IMG/VR virus record: IMGVR_UViG_3300032116_001049
Location: 1 to 28,179 of that record
DNA length: 28,179 nt
Direction: 5' to 3' (one strand)
Source of the DNA: a virus
Taxonomy: Duplodnaviria > Caudoviricetes
Positions 10,242-18,113 of the stretch are shown here, in pieces (positions within the stretch are counted from its first letter, which is position 1; every line of letters starts with the position of its first letter). The notes under the pieces are model-generated. The model had not been told where the DNA came from, ran no database searches, and saw only the letters and a program-made list of their open reading frames with translations. A program made the position numbers and the translations under genes.

Positions 10242-10843
10242 GCCGCAATCTCCATAACTGTAATAGTGCAAATCGTTCTAGGCCATGTTGCACTATCTGT
10301 GTCGGCAAATGTTCTCCCAATGTAAGCGGTACTCCCACTAGTAATCATTTGAACTTTATATGTGGTAGCGGATGTCGTTGCTGGAGAGTCTAATGTTTGA
10401 AATGTGTAACTGTCTAAGCGGTTTGTGTCTGCTTGATAGGTTAAACCCGAGGATGATCTTGACCTACTTCCAGCAGCATCGCCAATCCCAATTGCGGTTG
10501 AGTCACGCATCAGTCTATATTGTGCCGTATTAGCGTTACCATTTGATGCTCCACACAATGACGCAATTACAAATATTTTGCTTGTTGCTGCTTTAGGGGT
10601 GATAGAAACACTCAAGCCCGTAATGTCCGTGAACGAAGTGCTGGTTGTGCTAAAAGTATCAGTTTTAGTTGTGCTGAGAACCTGAAGAACTGACCCAACG
10701 GGGAACTCTGAGTTTGAAGCCGAAGTTAAAATGGTTCCAGTCTGGTCAGGCAGCGTTAGGGTGCGATCAGTATTACTATTCGGGGCCGCAATGGTGAAAG
10801 TACCCGTGCCAGAGGCGTTACCCGTGATTGCTACTTTGCTCAT
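10238..10843 (-). CDS. Short tail fibre/adhesin subunit
   Basis: Thr/Ser-rich; APNSNTDRTLTLPD, GSVLQVLSTTKTDTFST, DSPATTSATTYKVQ, C-terminal ITVMEIAA. Confidence 0.7.
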   Translation of the reverse strand: MSKVAITGNASGTGTFTIAAPNSNTDRTLTLPDQTGTILTSASNSEFPVGSVLQVLSTTKTDTFSTTSTSFTDITGLSVSITPKAATSKIFVIASLCGASNGNANTAQYRLMRDSTAIGIGDAAGSRSRSSSGLTYQADTNRLDSYTFQTLDSPATTSATTYKVQMITSGSTAYIGRTFADTDSATWPRTICTITVMEIAA

Positions 10844-11088
10844 GGCTTTGGATACCTTTCTTTAACTGCCTGAATCTCCGCTTTCCATGCGTCATAACCA
10901 CCGTGGTAGAGCGTGTCTAGTTGGTCAACAATTGATGGGTATTCAGCCGCTCGTCGTTGAGCATAAGTAATTGAGGCTTCATATTCTTGGGCTTGCGCCT
11001 GTGCTTGAGCGATTTCTTCTGGGGTTAACGCAATGACCTGACGTTCACCAGTTGTTACATTAACTTGTATGCGCTCCATGTTTATCAC
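10840..11088 (-). CDS. Tail fibre assembly chaperone-like protein
   Basis: YAQRRAAEYPSIVDQLDTLYHGGYDAWKAEIQAVKERYPKP, similar in pattern to the C-terminus of the 9954-10241 product. Confidence 0.7.
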   Translation of the reverse strand: MINMERIQVNVTTGERQVIALTPEEIAQAQAQAQEYEASITYAQRRAAEYPSIVDQLDTLYHGGYDAWKAEIQAVKERYPKP

Positions 11089-11687
11089 TCGTAAAGGATA
11101 TTGATAGTGCCAGCATCAAAAGCGTCTGTGCCGTTGACTGTGGTGATTCTTACTTGGGTGAGGGGGTCTGAGAGGGATTTAGCGCCGCCTTGTATATAAG
11201 CATTAGCAGAATCACTTCTTCCAATAACTCCTGACGCACTCCAAGTGTTTGTAGATGAATTTAACAGACTAATAAAAATTGAACCGTGTCGAACAGCGGT
11301 GGCAGCACCAGCATCTTCTACAAAAAATCCAGAAGTATTGTTTGCTCCGCCTGTTTGTGTTCCTGATCTTGCTGCCGTTCCTAAATAACTAGAAGTTTCA
11401 AACCCGCCAGAATCTCCAAGTTGAATAATAGGAACAGAGGTTCCATTCGTACTAACTCCACTAAACATCACCGTAATCCGTTTTACCCACGACGGGATGC
11501 CTGTAAAGTCAATGCTGGTTCCGCTGGTGGATGCTACTGCTGTGCCAGACACTATTGGATAAATGTTGGTCGTTACTCCGCTGGCTTGCAACGCACCGCT
11601 AAAAGTGCCCGTCGTTCCTGTGATCGGACCAGTCGAATCTAAATCTGGCGTTGTAATCCCACTCGTGCCGTCTAAAATAATAGCCAT
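11085..11687 (-). CDS. Short tail fibre/adhesin subunit
   Basis: SGTAVASTSGTSIDFTGIPSWVKRITV...TQVRITTVNGTDAFDAGTINILYE; Ser/Thr/Gly-rich, beta-strand-like. Confidence 0.7.
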   Translation of the reverse strand: MAIILDGTSGITTPDLDSTGPITGTTGTFSGALQASGVTTNIYPIVSGTAVASTSGTSIDFTGIPSWVKRITVMFSGVSTNGTSVPIIQLGDSGGFETSSYLGTAARSGTQTGGANNTSGFFVEDAGAATAVRHGSIFISLLNSSTNTWSASGVIGRSDSANAYIQGGAKSLSDPLTQVRITTVNGTDAFDAGTINILYE

Positions 11688-11688
11688 A

Positions 11689-14472
11689 TCAGATCACCAC
11701 CCATCTTGAACCGGTTGGCACGGTCACCGTCACCCCAGAGCCAACAGTTACCGGCCCTGCGCTACTTGCGTTGTAATCGTTGGGAATCGTGTAACTCGTA
11801 TCAATCGTTTTACTGTTAATGATTATTCCGTTGGCCGCAGACAGAATCTCCGAAGTGACCGTGCCTGTGCTTGGGTTGTATTGCAATTTAGTCGATGAGA
11901 CATCAAGCCCTGTTTCCGTTCCCGTGGTCGCATCGGTAAAGGTCAGGTAACGGGTCGCATTGGTTGAGGTGTCATCGGTAATCGTGATGCCAGACGATGC
12001 CGCAGGAGCCCAAGTCGGAACCCCTGAAGCCTGGGTCAGCACATAACCATCCGTTCCAGCCGCCAAGAATGTAGTCGCGCCCGAGCCGGTCTGGTAGGGA
12101 ACCGAGCCATTTGCACCGCCCGCAAGGTTGGTTGCGGTGGTCGCGCTTGTTGCCGTTGCCGCATTGCCTCCAATCGAGAGGCTTGATGCAGTTCCCGTCA
12201 GTCCCGTGCCCGCCCCGCTAAAACTGGTTGCGGTCAAAACGCCTGTTGAGGGGTTGAACTGGTATTTGGTCGAGGCGACATAGGTCGTTGACAGGGTTCC
12301 CGAGGTTACATCCGCAAAAAGCGGGTAGCGGGTTGCGTTGGTCGTGGTGTCATCGGTGACCGAAATCGATGCCGTGATGGTTGTCCAAGTCGGCGCGCTG
12401 GTCCCGTTGCTGGTCAGAACCTGACCGGTTGTGCCTGCGCTGACAAATGCGGTGGTATCCGCCGCCGATTGGTAGGGAACTTGGCCTGCACCGCCGCCAG
12501 CGAGGTTGGTTGCTTTGCCTGCGGTGATAGTCGATTGAGCCGCGCTCTCCCAGCGGGAATCGCCACTATCCCAGACCACCAAATCGCCGTTTGACGGGCT
12601 CCCGACCGCCACATCATTGAGTTGGTTGAACGATGGGAAGAAGGTTGGCCGCACAAAGACCGAGCCGTTTGCGTTGGCATAAACCACCGCGCAGACCTCA
12701 ACCTTGGCCGCTGGGGCGGTTGGCACGGTTTTGGTCAGACCACCCGCAATTGAGGGGTTCAGATAGAGAATCTGACCATTGACCCATGCCTCACCGCCGC
12801 CCGTAGTGTCAAACCCGCGCACTTCGCCAAATGCCGCGATATAACCCCAATTGTTGGTTGTGAAAGTCTCGGCCGCGATTCCCATCACATATTGCGAGGT
12901 CGCTGGGGTTAATCCGGTGGCCGGTGCCGCAGTCAAACCCCCAGAAGCGCCCAGGGTGCCGGTAAACATAACAACCTGGCCCTTGGTGATGTCGGCTGAT
13001 GCCCTGACCCGATAGTAAGTTTCCTCGCCCAACGCAATGGTGACATTGGCACCCGCGCCGACCAGGTCTAGCGTTTGGGTGTTGTCATCACTATTCCACG
13101 ACAGAGAACCCGCACCCCCAACCACTCCAGAGGGTGTGATGTCCCAGTTGATCTCGTTGACATTTTGCAACGCACCAGCGTCCGACAGGGTAATCGAGGA
13201 GTTCTGGATCAGTTTGCCCGAGGTGGTATCGAACCGCGCAATTGCGTTATCGGTTGCACTCGCAGGGCCGACCACATCGCCGGTGAACTGCTCTGCCGCC
13301 CAAGTCGGGACACCGCCCGCAAGGGTCAGAACTTGGCCATTTGTGCCTGCCGCGAGGAAAGTTGTTGCGCCTGCCCCTGATTGGTAGGGAAGCGACCCTG
13401 TGGCCCCTCCAGCGAGGTTTGTGGCCGTTGTTGCGGAGGTCGCGGTTGCCGCGTTGCCACCGATGGAAAGGGCCGATGCGGTGCCTGTGAGGCCCGTTCC
13501 TGGCCCTGCGAACTGCGTGTTGGCCGTGACGGTCGTGCCTGTTACCGCCGCCGCCGTTGTCCCCCCGATGGTCGTGCCATTAATGTTCCCGCCGGTAATT
13601 GATACCGAGGTGGAATTCTGGGTGGACATGGTCCCCAGACCGGAAACTTGGGTGTTTGCAATCGCAATCGGGCTGGCCGCAAGGGAAGTCAATTGACCTT
13701 GGGCGTTGACCACCGCCGTCAGGGTATCGGATGCCGAGCCATAAGATGCCGCCGTCACCCCTGTGTTGGTGATGCTGAAGGTGTAGCCGGTCAGCGTCAG
13801 GCCGGTTCCAGCGTTATAAAGCGCCGTATTTGAGAACTGGATAAAGACGATGGGGGTGACCCCAAGCGTTCCCCCAGGTTGGTTGGTGCAGACCCACGCC
13901 GAGCCGGAATAAATAGTCCCGCCGGTAACAAACAGATAAGCGGACAGGAACTCGTCATAGGTGTTCGCATCGGTTGACCGCGTCCACCCGCTTGAGGCGG
14001 CGACATAGATGCCGTTGTCCTCTTGAGCAGTCTGGTTGCGCACCAGAATCCGCTCTCCAGCCGTCAGGGTCGATGGCCAATCGCCACCGGCTTGAGTGCC
14101 AAGACCAGACAGAGTGATGTTGCCCGTGGTTGTAAAAGCCGCAGGCTGCTTAAACGCAAGACCCTGCGCAACCGCGTCCACATAAGCCTGATTGACTAGC
14201 GAGGTCGGTCCGCTTGGGACCGAGGTGATGGTTCCCGTGGTCGTGTCGATGTTGGTAAAGGTTGCCGCCGCAGGCGTAACCCCGCCAATAACGGAGGAGT
14301 TGATAGTCGAGTTGGTAATCGACACCCCATCCAGATTGGGGTTGACGGGAGCAAAAAACGGCGTTCCCGCAGGCCCAATCAGCGTGACCGGCTTATACGG
14401 CGGCAGGGGCTCGAAAATCCCCTGAACCGGAACGATGTTTATCGTCTGGGTCTTGGCGGTGTCGTTTGACAT
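11689..14472 (-). CDS. Long repeat-containing fibre protein (927 aa)
   Basis: AGERILVRNQT..DNGIYV..WTRSTDA; GDVVGPASATDNAIARFDTTSGKLIQNS; internal repeats; C-terminal SAGPVTVGSGVTVTVPTGSRWVVI. Confidence 0.8.
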   Translation of the reverse strand: MSNDTAKTQTINIVPVQGIFEPLPPYKPVTLIGPAGTPFFAPVNPNLDGVSITNSTINSSVIGGVTPAAATFTNIDTTTGTITSVPSGPTSLVNQAYVDAVAQGLAFKQPAAFTTTGNITLSGLGTQAGGDWPSTLTAGERILVRNQTAQEDNGIYVAASSGWTRSTDANTYDEFLSAYLFVTGGTIYSGSAWVCTNQPGGTLGVTPIVFIQFSNTALYNAGTGLTLTGYTFSITNTGVTAASYGSASDTLTAVVNAQGQLTSLAASPIAIANTQVSGLGTMSTQNSTSVSITGGNINGTTIGGTTAAAVTGTTVTANTQFAGPGTGLTGTASALSIGGNAATATSATTATNLAGGATGSLPYQSGAGATTFLAAGTNGQVLTLAGGVPTWAAEQFTGDVVGPASATDNAIARFDTTSGKLIQNSSITLSDAGALQNVNEINWDITPSGVVGGAGSLSWNSDDNTQTLDLVGAGANVTIALGEETYYRVRASADITKGQVVMFTGTLGASGGLTAAPATGLTPATSQYVMGIAAETFTTNNWGYIAAFGEVRGFDTTGGGEAWVNGQILYLNPSIAGGLTKTVPTAPAAKVEVCAVVYANANGSVFVRPTFFPSFNQLNDVAVGSPSNGDLVVWDSGDSRWESAAQSTITAGKATNLAGGGAGQVPYQSAADTTAFVSAGTTGQVLTSNGTSAPTWTTITASISVTDDTTTNATRYPLFADVTSGTLSTTYVASTKYQFNPSTGVLTATSFSGAGTGLTGTASSLSIGGNAATATSATTATNLAGGANGSVPYQTGSGATTFLAAGTDGYVLTQASGVPTWAPAASSGITITDDTSTNATRYLTFTDATTGTETGLDVSSTKLQYNPSTGTVTSEILSAANGIIINSKTIDTSYTIPNDYNASSAGPVTVGSGVTVTVPTGSRWVVI
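12007..13507 (-). repeat. Internal coding repeats in the long fibre (approximate limits)
   Basis: The ~70-aa unit GxGTGLTGTASxLSIGGNAATATSATTATNLAGG..GS.PYQ.G.GATTFLAAGT.G.VLT...GVPTWA occurs at ~13297-13507 and ~12007-12217, with a partial copy at ~12383-12513. Confidence 0.85.
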
Positions 14473-14476
14473 AGCC

Positions 14477-14809
14477 TTACTCGGTGGCGACTAGGGTCAG
14501 ATAGATTGAGTTAGTTCCAGAGGAAATGCCCTTCACATAGATGTTGGGCGCTCCGCAATCAATGACGATGGGATAGAACATCGAGGGGGCAAGAACAAAG
14601 GCTCCGCTATTGCCAGAGGTGGCGATTGCAGGCGTGGCCATGTTGGAGTCCGTTGTGCCAAATGTAATCGCCGCCGTGCCGGTTCCGGTGTTGAGGATGG
14701 CAACGCGGAAGGCGCGGGTCGGGGTGTTTGGAACCAGTTGGAGAGCGGCTGACGCAGAGGTGGTCAGGTCGAGCCGGTAAGTGGGAGATAAGATTTTGAG
14801 AGAGTCCAT
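14477..14809 (-). CDS. Hypothetical virion structural protein
   Basis: 110-aa beta-rich ORF with a GAGG Shine-Dalgarno, directly before the long fibre. Confidence 0.65.
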   Translation of the reverse strand: MDSLKILSPTYRLDLTTSASAALQLVPNTPTRAFRVAILNTGTGTAAITFGTTDSNMATPAIATSGNSGAFVLAPSMFYPIVIDCGAPNIYVKGISSGTNSIYLTLVATE

Positions 14810-14823
14810 GATTTGCCTCTTGG

Positions 14824-15510
14824 TTAGGTTTTGTCAATTATCCTACTTTTAAGCCAGTTTCCAATATGTCCTTGGAAGACTTTTATGCCCGCATGGCCCA
14901 TTCCGATTTCGGGATCAATCCACACTTGGCCACCAAGTTCGCGCCATCTCATGCAAAAGGAATAATCTTCTCCATATCGGTGCTTTTTGCGGGTGTCTAC
15001 ATGGGGCTCGAATAAGGGCCAAAACTCGCCATCGACCGCTTTCTCATGCACCCAAGTATTTGGGTGCGCTTCGATCATCTTGGCAATGCAGTTGCGGGAA
15101 ATCTTGAGAAATCCAGTTGGGACGCACTCGACTTCGAGCAGTCCGGTCTCGGGGTCTGCCCACAATTCGGTCTTGTTTTGATCCCATCGCACCGTCCACG
15201 CAAGCGGGTCAACGCGGTGCGGGTAGACACCCGCGACCAAATCGACAGGATGATCCACCAGTTTGAGCAATGCTTTTGTCTCCCAACAGACATCGTTGTC
15301 TACAAAGATCAACATATCGCAGTCGGATTTGTAGAAATTTGAGGCAATTACGCCTCGGCAGTCCGCAATGGCAGAGTTGCCAACATCATCGACCAAAGTG
15401 AACCGGTCGCCTCTAGAAACCAAGGCAATCAAGTCATCAATGAGCGAGTGGACGGTCCCGATATGCACAACCCCTGTATATGTCGGCAACGCGATCATTA
15501 TGTGCTTCAT
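14824..15510 (-). CDS. Glycosyltransferase (GT-A/GT2-like)
   Basis: Start reassigned to ATG 15510 (GGAG upstream). IMIALPTY; DxD motif in LIFVDND; VAGVYP; GEDYSFC..W...GGQVWIDP..GH. Confidence 0.8.
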   Translation of the reverse strand: MKHIMIALPTYTGVVHIGTVHSLIDDLIALVSRGDRFTLVDDVGNSAIADCRGVIASNFYKSDCDMLIFVDNDVCWETKALLKLVDHPVDLVAGVYPHRVDPLAWTVRWDQNKTELWADPETGLLEVECVPTGFLKISRNCIAKMIEAHPNTWVHEKAVDGEFWPLFEPHVDTRKKHRYGEDYSFCMRWRELGGQVWIDPEIGMGHAGIKVFQGHIGNWLKSRIIDKT

Positions 15511-15519
15511 CAAGTCTCC

Positions 15520-15557
15520 AAAGAAAAAAGGGGCCACCCCTTGCGAGAGTGACCCCT
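15520..15557 (-). terminator. Rho-independent terminator
   Basis: Minus strand AGGGGTCACTCT-CGCAA-GGGGTGGCCCC-TTTTTTCTTT: GC-rich stem followed by a U tract, after the coat and 77-aa genes. Confidence 0.85.
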
Positions 15558-15574
15558 GTCCAGCGTCAGAACAT

Positions 15575-15808
15575 TTAGGCGGTTACGCCGATGTTCTTGA
15601 GTGCGGTAATGACCGCGTTTACTGCGGTGGCAATAGCGGTTCCGTCAGCATTGTTCGCAATCGTGCTGATTGCGTTTGCCTGCACAACGGGGGTTTCGCC
15701 GTAAAAGCCGATTTTTCCGCCAGCCAGTCCCAAGGAAACGCCATCAGAGGCGTTACCGTTGAACAAGTAGTTGACGGTTTGGGCGGAAGCGGGGCCTGGA
15801 TTTGACAT
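15575..15808 (-). CDS. Putative capsid decoration protein
   Basis: 77 aa between the coat gene and the terminator; AGGA upstream; KIGFYGETPVVQ..AVNAVITALKNIG. Confidence 0.55.
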   Translation of the reverse strand: MSNPGPASAQTVNYLFNGNASDGVSLGLAGGKIGFYGETPVVQANAISTIANNADGTAIATAVNAVITALKNIGVTA

Positions 15809-15827
15809 GATTAGGTTCCTTTCCTAG

Positions 15828-17075
15828 TTAGGCTGCAACGCGGCAGGCGAGTTCAGGGTAGAGGGGAGCCCAACCGTAGAGAACATCAAGACGGGTGGGG
15901 ATCGAGTCGTTGTTGATCGTGTATTGACGAACAACGCGGATCGAGAGGCCATTCTCTTTGTCGCTTGCGCGGCCAGCGAAATGGACACCGTCAGGCAGTT
16001 CAAGGTCAGCCGTGGCCAGGGTGAACGCATTGCGGTGGAACACCAAGTTCTGGGGCGACACGACACCGGTCTTGTTGAACGGGGTCACAACGGCAGAAGC
16101 AGAGGTGGAGAGCACCGACACATTCTGGAACTGTCCAGCAGTGATGATGGCCGGAGAAACCGTCACCGAGGCGGAGCCGCCAGAAGTGATGGTCACAGCG
16201 GAAGTCACCACAAAGTTACGCAGGACATTGCCACCATAAGGCTGGCGGTTCTGGGGGTTGACTGCGAACACACCCGCAATCTGGATCGTATCGCCAGCGT
16301 TCAGCACGGCGTTAGCGGTCGCAGCAGAGATGGTGATGGTCGAGGTCTGAGCCCAGCCCGTGGTCAGCGAACCGGTGAAGGTAGCCGTGTTGGTGGACAT
16401 CGTGGCCGTGGAATAGGAACCGTAGGTGTGGGACACAATGTTCTGGTCCATATACCAGTTCATGCCGATGGTGTCACGACCCATCAGGCCCTTCTCGTAC
16501 TGCTGAGAGATGGTGCCTTGGGGGTTGAAAAGACCCTTGAGCGAACCAACGATGGAAGCGCCCGTGAAGGGATCAACCACGCAAGAACGCTTGCCATCGC
16601 GGGGAGCGCCTTCGCCATCCAGATACGCTTGGGCGGTCAGGAAGGTTGCGATATCAGAGGGAACAACGCCAGCGGTTCCAACGGTGTTGGCGGTGTTGTC
16701 AACGGCCATGGTCGTGCCATCAAAGTCGATTTTGTTGGCAATAGCGGCAATGGCGGGCTTGAGAACGCGGTCGCTGAACATATCGAGCGACAGGGCCAAG
16801 TCCTGAGTCGTGAACTGAGTGTCCACATGGAACTGAGTCGAGAGGGTGACCGGAGTCGAGGTCTCGTTGAAGTCCTCAACATTCAGGGCAGGGCCAGTCG
16901 TTCCAATGAAACGGCCAGGGCGGCGGACATTGACTGTGTTACCAATCTTTGCACCGACAACCGCAAACTGGTCATCATAGTTACGGTCAACACGACCCGT
17001 AAAGGTCAGTTCGTTTTCCAAGACCATCAACGCTTCGTTGGTGATCATGGAGATGGTTAGCAAGTTATTTGCCAT
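15828..17075 (-). CDS. Major capsid (coat) protein, P22 gp5-like
   Basis: MANNLLTISMITNEALMVLENEL..GAKIGNTVNVRRP..NLVFHRNAFTLATADL..RLDVLYGW; GGAG Shine-Dalgarno. Confidence 0.93.
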   Translation of the reverse strand: MANNLLTISMITNEALMVLENELTFTGRVDRNYDDQFAVVGAKIGNTVNVRRPGRFIGTTGPALNVEDFNETSTPVTLSTQFHVDTQFTTQDLALSLDMFSDRVLKPAIAAIANKIDFDGTTMAVDNTANTVGTAGVVPSDIATFLTAQAYLDGEGAPRDGKRSCVVDPFTGASIVGSLKGLFNPQGTISQQYEKGLMGRDTIGMNWYMDQNIVSHTYGSYSTATMSTNTATFTGSLTTGWAQTSTITISAATANAVLNAGDTIQIAGVFAVNPQNRQPYGGNVLRNFVVTSAVTITSGGSASVTVSPAIITAGQFQNVSVLSTSASAVVTPFNKTGVVSPQNLVFHRNAFTLATADLELPDGVHFAGRASDKENGLSIRVVRQYTINNDSIPTRLDVLYGWAPLYPELACRVAA

Positions 17076-17105
17076 TTTGATTCTCCAAATAAGTTAGGGT
17101 TTGCC

Positions 17106-18035
17106 TCACCTAATCTTCCCTGCGGCCCTTGCGGCTTTCCATTGCGCGTAGGTTCCATGAAACTCTCGGTTGGAATCCAATCCGGTATCGGCTGGATTTC
17201 CGCCCGCTTTCAAAGGGTTGATCGGTGCGGGTGCATTCGACTTCTTCGCAACAGGTGTTTCTTTAGGCTTAGAAGGCGGTTCTGATTTCTCAAACTTGGC
17301 CTCTAAGCGCCCGATGGCACGGAGTTGGGAGGTGATGGATTTTTCCGCCAGTCCCCGAGCAAAATCTGGATTCTCGGCGAGGTAATAGAGGATTTGTGGT
17401 CCTACATCACTCTCAATGATCGCATCGGTGACCGGTTGCGAAACCGAGACATCACTTGACGCAATCATTTCCTCGTAATCCGGCATCTCTGACTTAGCCT
17501 GCTCAAGTCTTTCTTGGAACTTTTGTCTCATTCGAGACTGTTCCTCTTGAGCCCGCCTTGCAAGTTCAGCCTGATCCCGCTCCCGCATCTTCTTGTCCGC
17601 AGTCCATTCAGCCAGAGCCTCCGCATACTCGATGGCATCATTGAATTGAGATGGATCGGGTTTTGGATCGGGTTCCTCCGACTTCTGGGGGGAAACCTTT
17701 GCCTCCAAGTCCTTCAATCTCGCCTCAAGAGCCTCCCGAGCCTGACGCTCACGCTCCGCTTCTTGGCGGGCCGCTTCGCGTTGCTTGGTCAGTTCCGAAA
17801 ACCGCTTCTCTAATTTCGGGTTTTGCTTCTTCTCACCTGTCGCAGCCTCATTCTCGGCCTCTGGTTCACTCCCCGCTTGCTCGACAACCGGCTCCGCATC
17901 TGCGGCCTCAGTTGGAGCGTCATTCGTGGCTAAACCAAGTTTTTTTGCCTGAAAGTCGGCCAAATTTTCACTCGTTACCAAGTTCGCAGCCTGTCTTTTA
18001 GGTTGCTCTTGGACTACTTCTGCTGCTTCGGACAT
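17106..18035 (-). CDS. Scaffolding protein
   Basis: Start reassigned to ATG 18035 (GGAG upstream). Charged coiled-coil; KRFSELT, GPQILYYLAENP, AIGRLEAK, APAPINPL; lies between portal and coat. Confidence 0.85.
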   Translation of the reverse strand: MSEAAEVVQEQPKRQAANLVTSENLADFQAKKLGLATNDAPTEAADAEPVVEQAGSEPEAENEAATGEKKQNPKLEKRFSELTKQREAARQEAERERQAREALEARLKDLEAKVSPQKSEEPDPKPDPSQFNDAIEYAEALAEWTADKKMRERDQAELARRAQEEQSRMRQKFQERLEQAKSEMPDYEEMIASSDVSVSQPVTDAIIESDVGPQILYYLAENPDFARGLAEKSITSQLRAIGRLEAKFEKSEPPSKPKETPVAKKSNAPAPINPLKAGGNPADTGLDSNREFHGTYAQWKAARAAGKIR

Positions 18036-18084
18036 GGATTTCTCCAAGAATTAACCCAATGAAACCCATTGGTAGGTTTTAACT

Positions 18085-18113
18085 ATTAAAAACTGTTTCC
18101 TGATAGTTGTCAA
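18085..18113 (-). promoter_or_regulatory. Sigma70-type promoter upstream of scaffold/coat
   Basis: TTGACA (18113-18108, overlapping the portal stop) - 17 nt - TTTAAT (18090-18085). Confidence 0.7.

Noticed and set aside
8842-14472. Possible diversity-generating retroelement or invertible fibre switch
   Set aside because: No reverse transcriptase or invertase, no TR/VR pair differing at adenines, and no inverted cassettes seen in this window.
15924-17060. 378-aa plus-strand ORF antisense to the coat gene
   Set aside because: Typical shadow of a strongly codon-biased gene; no recognisable motifs, and all supported genes are on the minus strand.
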